A stretch of 64,000 nucleotides of DNA from Pirellulales bacterium (GTDB taxonomy: Bacteria > Planctomycetota > Planctomycetia > Pirellulales > UBA1268). The notes beneath the pieces are model-generated. The model did not search any database, was not told the DNA's origin, and saw nothing but the letters and a program-made list of their open reading frames with translations. How positions within the stretch are numbered: position 1 is the stretch's first letter; each line of letters opens with the position of its first letter. Location: assembly GCA_040397585.1 (NCBI GenBank), contig JBBAVS010000004.1, forward strand, positions 717-64,716, read 5' to 3'. Shown here in pieces: positions 1 to 7,392 of this stretch. A program made the position numbers and the translations under genes.

Positions 1-2
1 CC

Positions 3-374
3 AGCGACATGGCCTTCCAGACCTGCGCCCGGGCTGGCTTCCGCGAGGCCTTCCTGGCCACGAAGCCAGTGCTGCTCGAGCCGATCATGAAGATGGAGGT
101 GGAAGTGCCCGCCGACTTCCAGGGTCCGGTGACGGGCGAACTCAACAAGCGTCGTGGCCTGATCATCTCGACGGAGACCGTGGGCAACACGTCCACGATC
201 GTCGCCGAGGTGCCGCTGGCCGAGACCTTCGGCTACTCGACCGACCTGCGGAGCATGACGCAGGGCCAGGGCGTGTTCACGATGGAGTTCGCGAAGTACA
301 AGCCCACGCCGGGCAACATCCAGAAGGAAATCGTGGAAGAGCGAAAGAAGGCGGAGCTCGCCGCCGCCAAGTAA
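3..374 (+). CDS. fusA: Elongation factor G, C-terminal part (5' end lies upstream of the window)
   Basis: Frame is open from the window edge to TAA 372-374. Translation KPVLLEPIMKMEVEVPADFQGPVTGELNKRRGLI...AETFGYSTDLRSMTQGQGVFTMEFAKYKP is the conserved EF-G C-terminal sequence. Confidence 0.92.
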   Translation, partial: SDMAFQTCARAGFREAFLATKPVLLEPIMKMEVEVPADFQGPVTGELNKRRGLIISTETVGNTSTIVAEVPLAETFGYSTDLRSMTQGQGVFTMEFAKYKPTPGNIQKEIVEERKKAELAAAK

Positions 375-377
375 GTT

Positions 378-451
378 CAGGAAGCCCAATCGCGTAAGCG
401 ATGGGGACTGCCCGTAGCCAGAAAGCCCAATCGCGTAAGCGATGGGGACTG
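378..451 (+). repeat. Two tandem copies (41-nt period) of the CAGGAAGC-hairpin repeat, stem variant A
   Basis: caggaagcccaatcgcgtaagcgatggggactg at 378-410 and cagaaagcccaatcgcgtaagcgatggggactg at 419-451. Each holds stem CCCAATCGC, loop GTAA, stem GCGATGGGG. The first copy starts 3 nt after the fusA stop. Confidence 0.9.
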
Positions 452-1165
452 CCGAAAGTGGCCGCAGGTTTTCAACCTGCGGAATCCCTCCCTCCGATCC
501 CCGGGCAGGTTAAAAACCTGCCCCCACGTGAGCGGCCTGCCTTGCTCGCCCCTCTGCTCCTCCTGTTCCTCCCCCTCTCGGCCCTCGCCGCGGACCCCGC
601 TGCCGCCCCGGCCGACGTCCCGCCCCGCCCCACGATGCAACAGCTCCCCGCGGCCGCCTCGCTCGAGGCCCCGCCCACCGCCCGGGAGCTGGTGGATGCC
701 CGGGAGGAGTTCGAGCGGCGGTATCCCGGCATCCTGGCCCGCGGGCGGACCACGATCGGGGCGACGGTGATCGCCGACACCCTGATCGAGGCGGCGACCA
801 CGGAGGAGGATCGTGACGTCAAGTGGCTGATGCTTGCGGAGGCCCGGCGAATGGCCGTGGTCTCCGGCAATGCGAAGTCGCTCGACCGGGCGATCGTGCT
901 GGCGTCGGCCACCTACGAGTTCGACGCCGACGCGGAGGAGCTTCGGTCGCTGAAGGAGATTCCGGTGCGGCTGCTGGCTCCGGAGCGGGCGATGGCATTC
1001 GCCGAGGTGGCGGAGAAGGTGGCGGGGCGAGCGGAGAGCGACGGCCGCCGCGACCTCGCGATCATGTCGCTCAATCTCGCGGTCCGCGGCTGGCAGCGGG
1101 CGGGTGCGATCGACGCGGCCCGCAAGGCGGCGGCCCGGCACGACGAGTTGATCGCGGGGCCGTGA
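401..1165 (+). CDS. Hypothetical secreted protein; start codon uncertain, probably downstream of 523
   Basis: The longest ORF begins inside the repeat/palindrome region, so its first ~45 codons are probably not translated. It has a hydrophobic signal-like stretch ALLAPLLLLFLPLSALAADP (an in-frame TTG lies at 542). The Ala/Arg-rich helical body resembles the N-terminal half of the 36404-37867 product. Confidence 0.5.
   Translation: MGTARSQKAQSRKRWGLPKVAAGFQPAESLPPIPGQVKNLPPRERPALLAPLLLLFLPLSALAADPAAAPADVPPRPTMQQLPAAASLEAPPTARELVDAREEFERRYPGILARGRTTIGATVIADTLIEAATTEEDRDVKWLMLAEARRMAVVSGNAKSLDRAIVLASATYEFDADAEELRSLKEIPVRLLAPERAMAFAEVAEKVAGRAESDGRRDLAIMSLNLAVRGWQRAGAIDAARKAAARHDELIAGP
462..523. 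repeat. Two short perfect palindromes sharing GCAGGTT/AACCTGC arms
   Basis: ccgcaggtt-ttc-aacctgcgg at 462-482 and gggcaggtt-aaaa-acctgccc at 503-523. The same arms recur at 10786-10806. Confidence 0.85.
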
Positions 1166-1167
1166 GC

Positions 1168-1366
1168 CAGGAAGCCCAATCGCGTAAGCGATGGGGACTG
1201 CTGAGACTCAGGAAGCCCAATCGCGTAAGCGATGGGGATGGCTGAGACTCAGGAAGCCCAATCGCGTAAGCGATGGGGATGACGCCGTGCGGTTCGCGAT
1301 CGTACCGCTTACGCGGTTACGCTTCCTGAGCCGGATCGTACCGCTTACGCGGTTACGCTTCCTGAC
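1168..1366. repeat. Mosaic repeat cluster: three forward variant-A units (41-nt period), then two reverse variant-C units (36-nt period)
   Basis: Forward units lie at 1168-1200, 1209-1240 and 1250-1281. Reverse units gatcgtaccgcttacgcggttacgcttcctga(g/c) lie at 1298-1330 and 1334-1366. The cluster sits between convergent genes and starts 2 nt after stop 1163-1165. Confidence 0.9.
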
Positions 1367-1401
1367 GGCAGATCGCGGGGCCGTGAGCGGGGCACTCGCG
1401 A

Positions 1402-1854
1402 CTACTGCTGATAGTAGTGCGAGTAGTTCATGTACGTCGCACGGTGGCCGGTGGGGCGGATCGACTCGTCCAGCTGCCTGGAGCTCGTGTCACGGCCGAT
1501 CTGCTGCACCTGGTTCTGCAACTTTGACATCTGGCGGCGCTGCGACTGTTGCTCAATCTGTTGGAGCTGCTGCTGCACCTGCGGCTGCACCTGCGTTTGA
1601 TAGATGTTCTGTGCCTGCATCGGGTTGAAGCCCTGCTGCTGGAGTTGCATGTACGGACTGACTGCCGGTCTTCGATAGGTGCTATTCGAGAAGGGCAGTT
1701 CGGCATTGCCGGCACCACCGCCCGTTCGGCCGGCCGAGAAAGTCGACCGAGCCGGCTGGGCCTGAGCCGTTGACCCGGCCAGAGCCAGCATCGCGAGCGA
1801 TCCGAAGGCGATGACGGACGAGGAAGTCGTAAGGCGGATCGGAAAAGTGCTCAT
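1402..1854 (-). CDS. Small secreted Gln-rich protein (hypothetical)
   Basis: N-terminal signal-like SSVIAFGSLAMLALAGSTAQA. The central part is a Q-rich probable coiled coil, QTQVQPQVQQQLQQIEQQSQRRQMSKLQNQVQQI. I recognise no family. Confidence 0.55.
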   Translation of the reverse strand: MSTFPIRLTTSSSVIAFGSLAMLALAGSTAQAQPARSTFSAGRTGGGAGNAELPFSNSTYRRPAVSPYMQLQQQGFNPMQAQNIYQTQVQPQVQQQLQQIEQQSQRRQMSKLQNQVQQIGRDTSSRQLDESIRPTGHRATYMNYSHYYQQ

Positions 1855-1917
1855 GACTAGCTTGCCTTGCGTTGGTGTGAAAACCGACCGTCTTAGTTCG
1901 AGTTTACCAGTCTGTGC

Positions 1918-3243
1918 TCAGTTTTCGCCCTTCGTGGGCATCGCCGCCTCATACTGCCGGACCACCTGATCCATCAGGCCCTTGATCGCGGCCTTCACGA
2001 GCGGCTTGTCGTGGATCCAGGCGGCCACATCCTCGCCGTGGGCGGCATAGGTGTCACGCAGCCAGATCGGGGCGTCCGTCAGCAGCCAGGCCCGGAAGAG
2101 CAGCCACTGCGGGTTGTGCTCGCCATACACCTCGCGGGCAACCCAGCAGAAGTTGTTCGGGTTGAAGCCGAAGGGGAAGCGGTTGATCTGCTGCACGAGG
2201 CTCGTGCCGAGCAGGGTGAAGCCGAAGATCCGCTCGAATGGGGCCGTGACCTTGCCGATGATCGAATCGAAGGCGATCCACTGGTCCTGAGCGATGAACA
2301 CGCGGTCGCCCGGGAGCAGTTGGTAGTTGGTGGCCGTCGAGCCGCCCTTCATGATGGCCTCGATGTCCACCGGGAGCACCTGATCGCAGCCCACGCCCGA
2401 GGGTGCAGGCCGCGCGATCCAGATGTCTTTGCTCGAGAGTCGCGAGAGGCCATTGATCTGGGAGATGGCATCGAGCACGGTCTCATTGCCGGTCACCGGG
2501 AATCGGGCGATGTTATCGCCGAAGCCCGCGCCCTCGGTCACCACGTAATAGACCTTCGAGTTGTAGGCGAAAACGTCGAGGCTCACGAGCGGCGCGTCGA
2601 GGAACTGGGCGAGGTGCTTTTCGATCGCGACCTTCGCCTCTTCGAGCGTCAGGCCGGTCACGAATACGCTGCCATAGGTGCCGAGGTTGATCGTGCCGTC
2701 GGGGCCCACAAGGTGCTCACCGGCGATCTGCTGCTGACCGGCGGCCTGGGCGAGTGTGAGTGACACCTGCGGCTCCTTGAGCACCCGCTTGAGGTGCTTG
2801 AAGACGGCATCTTGGGCCTCCTCGAGCGACATGTTGCCCACCATCACCTTGCCGTACGACGGGCCGAGGTCGAGCATGCCGCCCGGCTCCACCACGTAGA
2901 GCCCGTTGATCGGCTGCTCCAGAAGCGTGCCCTCCACGATCACCTGGAGGCTGTCGAACGACTGGATCTTGAACGGAGGCTTCGGGACGACGCGGAGGGC
3001 GTCGATCAGGAGGATGTCGGGCGGCTCGATCACGTAGGCAGGCAGCGTCACCTTGGCGAGCTCCTTCGCCGGCATCCGGCCCGGTTCGGGCGGGCACTGG
3101 GCGTCGAGCATCACCTGCTGGGTCGTATTCCGCTGCGGGCGGCCGTAGATGTTGCAGCCGGTCGAGGTGAGCAGGGCAGCGAGCAGCGGCAGCACCACGC
3201 TTGTGCGAATCGTGCGGCTTTTCAGGGTCATGCGGCGGGCCAT
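1918..3243 (-). CDS. Polysaccharide export outer-membrane lipoprotein, Wza-like (Poly_export + SLBB), with an extra ~80-aa C-terminal module
   Basis: Start is taken at MARRMTLKSR (ATG complement 3241-3243), followed by lipobox-like LLTSTGC. It has YVIEPPDILLIDAL and repeated SLBB-like segments (GPDGTINLGTYGSVFVTGLTLEEAKVAIEKHL; PGDRVFI). The track ORF extends to 3525, but that upstream part lacks a signal peptide. Confidence 0.85.
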   Translation of the reverse strand: MARRMTLKSRTIRTSVVLPLLAALLTSTGCNIYGRPQRNTTQQVMLDAQCPPEPGRMPAKELAKVTLPAYVIEPPDILLIDALRVVPKPPFKIQSFDSLQVIVEGTLLEQPINGLYVVEPGGMLDLGPSYGKVMVGNMSLEEAQDAVFKHLKRVLKEPQVSLTLAQAAGQQQIAGEHLVGPDGTINLGTYGSVFVTGLTLEEAKVAIEKHLAQFLDAPLVSLDVFAYNSKVYYVVTEGAGFGDNIARFPVTGNETVLDAISQINGLSRLSSKDIWIARPAPSGVGCDQVLPVDIEAIMKGGSTATNYQLLPGDRVFIAQDQWIAFDSIIGKVTAPFERIFGFTLLGTSLVQQINRFPFGFNPNNFCWVAREVYGEHNPQWLLFRAWLLTDAPIWLRDTYAAHGEDVAAWIHDKPLVKAAIKGLMDQVVRQYEAAMPTKGEN

Positions 3244-3441
3244 GGCAAACTCCTTACGACCGGTACAGTCACTCCGATCGGAGTTATCGGCCGGGGGGGC
3301 CGGCAAACTTTGCTCAGGATTCCGGTCGGGGAAGCGGCGGGTCGGCCGGAAAAGCCCGCGAAACCCCCGGTCTCGCGACAATGACCTCAGCGGATCGTAA
3401 ACTTCGTTGGGATTTCGTAGGCCGGTTGCAGCGCTTTTCAC
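3244..3441. promoter_or_regulatory. Divergent control region between the Wza-like gene and the NusG-paralog-led gene run
   Basis: About 200 nt of non-coding sequence lie between divergently oriented first genes. I can define no promoter consensus, so this is a positional call only. Confidence 0.35.
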
Positions 3442-4116
3442 GTGCCGGGGCGAGGTTTTTCCTCGCCACCGACGGGAACGGAGTTTGCGCCAGGCGAGTC
3501 GCCGGTTTCGAGCCCTTTCAGCCATGTGTTACGCAGAAAGTTTCCCGAAGTGCCCATCCTTCCCAAGCAGCGAGACATCTATCCGCTCGGGCTGTTCGAT
3601 GAGCCGGAGCCGAGCCATGTGGTCGCCCCCGATGGCCATTGGGTGGCGTTCTACACGCTGGCTCGCCGCGAAAAGGACCTCATGCGGCGGTTGGAGGCTC
3701 TCGGCGTGCCCTTCTACGCCCCGCTCATCCAGCGGCGACTCCCTTCCGCTGGCGGCCGTGTCCGCACATCCTACGTTCCGCTCTTCCCAGGCTACGTGTT
3801 TTCCCTCGTTGACGATGAGCAGCGGCGCGCGGCCTTGGGCACGAACACGATCTCCCGCTGGCTTTCCGTTCCCGACGAGCGAATGCTTGAGCATGACCTT
3901 CGGGGCATCAAGCGACTCATCGACATCGACAAGCCGCTCACCCCGGAGGCGCGGCTCGAGCCGGGCCAGCTCGTTCGCGTTCGCAGCGGGCCGCTGCGCG
4001 GCACGGAAGGCACGGTCGTGGGCCGGAAGGGTTCACAGCGGCTCATCGTCGCGGTGCACTTCCTGAATCAGGGCGCCTCGATCGAGCTCGAAGACGTGGA
4101 TGTCGAGCGATTGTGA
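3442..4116 (+). CDS. NusG-family paralog (RfaH/UpxY/LoaP-like transcription antiterminator); true start may be in-frame GTG 3526 or GTG 3619
   Basis: NGN-like segment WVAFYTLARREKDLMRRLEALGVPFYAPL...YVPLFPGYVFS. KOW-like segment GQLVRVRSGPLRGTEGTVVGRKGSQRLIVAV. It is the first gene of a long co-directional polysaccharide gene run. Confidence 0.8.
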   Translation: MPGRGFSSPPTGTEFAPGESPVSSPFSHVLRRKFPEVPILPKQRDIYPLGLFDEPEPSHVVAPDGHWVAFYTLARREKDLMRRLEALGVPFYAPLIQRRLPSAGGRVRTSYVPLFPGYVFSLVDDEQRRAALGTNTISRWLSVPDERMLEHDLRGIKRLIDIDKPLTPEARLEPGQLVRVRSGPLRGTEGTVVGRKGSQRLIVAVHFLNQGASIELEDVDVERL

Positions 4117-4135
4117 CTTGGAAAAGGGATCACGG

Positions 4136-6160
4136 ATGACTGCCAAACGCTCTTGGTACGAACAGTTGCAGAACTCTACGTGGCTGAAATCGCGTTGGCC
4201 CACGCGCGAGTCATTGGTGGTCGCGGCGCTTTTGGCCGTCATCTTTCAGGTCACCTACCTGTTGTCTTTTCTGATCCGTGGCGAGCTTCTCTTCAAGCCG
4301 TCGGACGCGAAAACGATCATCTCGACGATTGGCTACGTTGTGGCCTTGAAAACCCTCGTGTTCTATGTCCGCGGCCTCTGTCACCGGCCGTGGAGGGCGG
4401 CACGGTTCCAGGATCTGAACAGCCTGATTCGCGCATCGACCGCGTCGCTCTTGATCCTCGTCGTCTACAACTACTTCGGCCAATACCTCATTCCCGACCG
4501 CGTGCCGATCCCGCGATCGGCGATGCTGCTCGACTGGGCGTTTACCGTCCTCGGGGTGGGCGGTATGCAGGCCCTCGCGCGAAGCGTCTTCGAAGAGTTG
4601 ATGCCGGCGACGCCTGCCGGCAAGAAGGTCGTTCTCTTGATCGACGCGTCGGAGCCGAGCCGGAGACTCGCCGAGGATCTTGGCCGCAACTGCTTCGTCG
4701 CCGGGTTTCTCGACGACGACCCAGCGCACTACGGCGTTCATTTTGGCAAGGCGCGTGTGCTCGGGCCGGTGGCCATGGCATCCGCCTGTGCAGGACGGCT
4801 GCGGGCGACCGATGTGGTCGTTCGCCAGGGCGCCATGTATGGCAACCGGCTGCAGTCACTCTACGACGCGTGCGCCGCCATCAACGTCCAGGTCAGCATC
4901 GCGGAACCTCCGCCGCTGATCGCCGGCACCACGCCCGTCGAATCTCATCCGGCGAAGGGGCACGGCTTCCGAGTCCGCAATATCGAGTTGCGCGATCTCC
5001 TCTCGCGTCCGCAAGCCAATCTCGCCGACAAGGACGCGCACGTGATGCCATTTCTGCGTGGCAAATCGGTGTTGGTGACCGGCGCGGGAGGCTCGATCGG
5101 AAGCGAGATTTGCCGCCAGGTCATGAGGTTTGGTCCCAAGCGGCTGGTTCTTCTGGAGCGCTCGGAGTACTCCTTGTTCGCGATCCATCGCGACATCGGG
5201 ATGCTCTATCCTCAATCGGTGACCGAGATCATCCCGGCTTTGGGCGATGTAACCAACGTCGATCGAACGGACCGCCTCCTGGCAGATCACAAGCCCGACG
5301 TGATCGTGCATGCTGCAGCGTTCAAGCACGTGCCTCTCATGGAGACCCATCCGATCGAGGCGGTGGAAAACAACACCCTCGCTACGGCAACGCTTGCCGA
5401 ACTCGCGGATGCACACGGGGTCGAGGCCTTTGTCGCCTTATCGACCGACAAGGCCGTCCATCCGTCCAGCATCATGGGAGCCTCCAAACTCGTCGCTGAG
5501 AGGTTTCTGCAGGCCTTTGGGCAGGCGTCTCGCACGAGGTTCGTGTCCGTTCGATTCGGCAACGTGCTGGGGTCGAGCGGCAGCGCGGTGCCGATTTTCG
5601 AGGACCAGCTGTCACGAGGCCTGCCGATCACCATCACGCATCCCGACGTGCGTCGCTACTTCATGACGATCGACGAGGCTGCCCAGTTGGTGCTCTTCGC
5701 GGGATCAATCAAGGGCTCCGGTGGCACATTTGTGCTCGAAATGGGCGATTCGCTCCGGATGGTGGATCTGGTCCATAGCCTTGCTTTCCTCATGCAAGTG
5801 CCCCGTGAAGACGTGAACATCCGCTATTGCGGATTGCGGCCCGGAGAGAAACTCGACGAGGAGTTGTTCTTCGAAGACGAAAGTCGTGAACTCACCGACA
5901 ATCCGCTGGTCACGCGGGTCACCCGTCCGACCCGATCCCTCGATGAGGTTCGTGGCTGGCTTGCAGAACTCAAGGATGCAGCCGCATCGGATCCGCAGGC
6001 GGCGGCCGCGGTGCTGATGGGCATCGCGCTGAATGACTGCGGGACTCATGTCGCCCAACACCCCGGCGCACCGTTTCCCGGCAGCAGCGTCGATTCCGAG
6101 GAGCCGACCGGGCATCGGGGTGCGGCAACGGCTTACTCCGAGATGCCTCGGTTGGGATGA
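4136..6160 (+). CDS. Membrane-anchored nucleotide-sugar 4,6-dehydratase/epimerase, CapD/WbpM/PglF family
   Basis: The N-terminus has several TM segments. It is followed by the Rossmann motif VLVTGAGGSIGSEICRQV, then HAAAFKHVPLME, STDKAV and FGNVLGSSGS. Confidence 0.9.
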   Translation: MTAKRSWYEQLQNSTWLKSRWPTRESLVVAALLAVIFQVTYLLSFLIRGELLFKPSDAKTIISTIGYVVALKTLVFYVRGLCHRPWRAARFQDLNSLIRASTASLLILVVYNYFGQYLIPDRVPIPRSAMLLDWAFTVLGVGGMQALARSVFEELMPATPAGKKVVLLIDASEPSRRLAEDLGRNCFVAGFLDDDPAHYGVHFGKARVLGPVAMASACAGRLRATDVVVRQGAMYGNRLQSLYDACAAINVQVSIAEPPPLIAGTTPVESHPAKGHGFRVRNIELRDLLSRPQANLADKDAHVMPFLRGKSVLVTGAGGSIGSEICRQVMRFGPKRLVLLERSEYSLFAIHRDIGMLYPQSVTEIIPALGDVTNVDRTDRLLADHKPDVIVHAAAFKHVPLMETHPIEAVENNTLATATLAELADAHGVEAFVALSTDKAVHPSSIMGASKLVAERFLQAFGQASRTRFVSVRFGNVLGSSGSAVPIFEDQLSRGLPITITHPDVRRYFMTIDEAAQLVLFAGSIKGSGGTFVLEMGDSLRMVDLVHSLAFLMQVPREDVNIRYCGLRPGEKLDEELFFEDESRELTDNPLVTRVTRPTRSLDEVRGWLAELKDAAASDPQAAAAVLMGIALNDCGTHVAQHPGAPFPGSSVDSEEPTGHRGAATAYSEMPRLG

Positions 6161-7392
6161 CGACGCTTCCTGTGAATCACGAGCGTTGGCGAGTGCCGTT
6201 CATGCGGCCGGATTTGCCGGAGTATGCAGAAGTGGCCGGCGCGATCACGGCCGCGTTCTCCGCAGGCATGCTCACGAAGGGCGATCAACTTCGTGGCTTC
6301 GAGAGCGACGCCTCGGCGATGATCGGAACCAGCGAGGCTGTGGGGGTGTCGAGCTGCACCTCTGGCCTGATGCTCGTGCTTGGCGCGCTGCGGCGGCTGG
6401 CAACCGTGGCGAAGTCGTGCGCGGCGGCGGGCGGGTGCGCAGGGGCGGCGTCCGCTGGCGATCACCGCGACGAAGTGATCGTGCCGAGTTTCATTTTCCT
6501 CGCCGCTCCAGCCTCGATCCTGTGGGCGGGGTACCGCCCCGTCTTCGTCGAAGTCAATCCTGAGACCTTCACGATTGATCCTCATGCCGTGCGGGCGGCC
6601 CTTTCGCCGCGGACGGCCGCGGTTCTGGGTTGCCACACCTTCGGGTGCCCGTGCGACGTCGAGGAGCTTGCATCGATCACGACCGCCGCCGGTGTTCCCT
6701 TGATTATCGACGCCGCGCACGGCTTCGGGGCATCCCGCCGCGGCCGTCCGGTTGGGGCTGGGGCGCTCGCCCAAGTGTTCAGCTTGTCCCCCACGAAACT
6801 GGTGGTGGCGGGAGAGGGTGGCCTTGTCGCAACATCGTGTTCCTGCCTCGCCGATCTCATCCGCATCGGTAGGGAGTACGGGAACGACGGGCGGTACGGA
6901 TGCGATGCGGCTGGGCTGAACGGTCGTTTGCCCGAAGTCTCTGCCATCATCGGCCGGGCGTCGCTCAGGCGGCTTCCGGAAGTGGCAGAGAAACGCCGGG
7001 AGGCATCACGGGCGTACGTCGACGCCCTGGAAGGAGTACCCGGCGTTGGGTTCCAGTCGATCCCCGCGGATTGCCAAAGCAGCTGGAAGGATTTCTGCAT
7101 CTCGATCAATGAGCGGGAAGCCAAACTCACTCGCAACGATCTGATGGGCGCCCTCGCCGCGAGGGGCATCGATACCCGCGCGTATTACTCCCCCGCCTGT
7201 CATCAAATGCGGGCCTTTGCGGAATACTTCGGTGATCGGCCGCCGCTGTCGATCACCGATCGGCTTGCGGCGAGCCTGCTCGCTCTGCCGATGGGCGCGC
7301 ACGTGACCTGCGAAGTGGCACGCGAGGTGGCGGCACAGGTTCGTGAGGCGGTTTTGGAAAGCCAAGAGGCCCGGCATGCCCGGTCTCGCTGA
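6157..7392 (+). CDS. DegT/DnrJ/EryC1/StrS-family PLP-dependent sugar aminotransferase
   Basis: IIDAAHGFGA and FSLSPTKLVVAGEGG (PLP lysine context). ATGA overlap with the upstream gene. It carries an unusual Ala/Gly/Cys-rich insert, ATVAKSCAAAGGCAGAASAGDHRDE. Confidence 0.88.
   Translation: MTTLPVNHERWRVPFMRPDLPEYAEVAGAITAAFSAGMLTKGDQLRGFESDASAMIGTSEAVGVSSCTSGLMLVLGALRRLATVAKSCAAAGGCAGAASAGDHRDEVIVPSFIFLAAPASILWAGYRPVFVEVNPETFTIDPHAVRAALSPRTAAVLGCHTFGCPCDVEELASITTAAGVPLIIDAAHGFGASRRGRPVGAGALAQVFSLSPTKLVVAGEGGLVATSCSCLADLIRIGREYGNDGRYGCDAAGLNGRLPEVSAIIGRASLRRLPEVAEKRREASRAYVDALEGVPGVGFQSIPADCQSSWKDFCISINEREAKLTRNDLMGALAARGIDTRAYYSPACHQMRAFAEYFGDRPPLSITDRLAASLLALPMGAHVTCEVAREVAAQVREAVLESQEARHARSR

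Noticed and set aside
377-1141. 254-aa minus-strand ORF antisense to the 401-1165 gene
   Set aside because: It is an Arg/Gly/Pro-rich low-complexity translation, typical of antisense frames in high-GC DNA. It has no signal peptide or motif, and the plus-strand frame has more coding-like features.
1168-1366. Regularly spaced direct repeats that could be mistaken for a CRISPR array
   Set aside because: Spacers between units are only about 3-10 nt and nearly identical to each other. The units switch orientation within the cluster, the same units are scattered singly elsewhere, and no cas genes are in the window.
3449-3467. Hairpin GGCGAGG-TTTTT-CCTCGCC as an intrinsic terminator
   Set aside because: The T-run is the loop, not a 3' tail. 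It lies in the leader or 5' end of the NusG-paralog gene, so it is not a classical terminator. It is mentioned only as a possible leader structure.
3244-3525. N-terminal 94-aa extension of the Wza-like ORF (track start 3525)
   Set aside because: The extension is Arg-rich and would bury the lipoprotein signal peptide (LLTSTGC) about 120 residues into the protein. The internal ATG at 3243 gives a canonical signal peptide.
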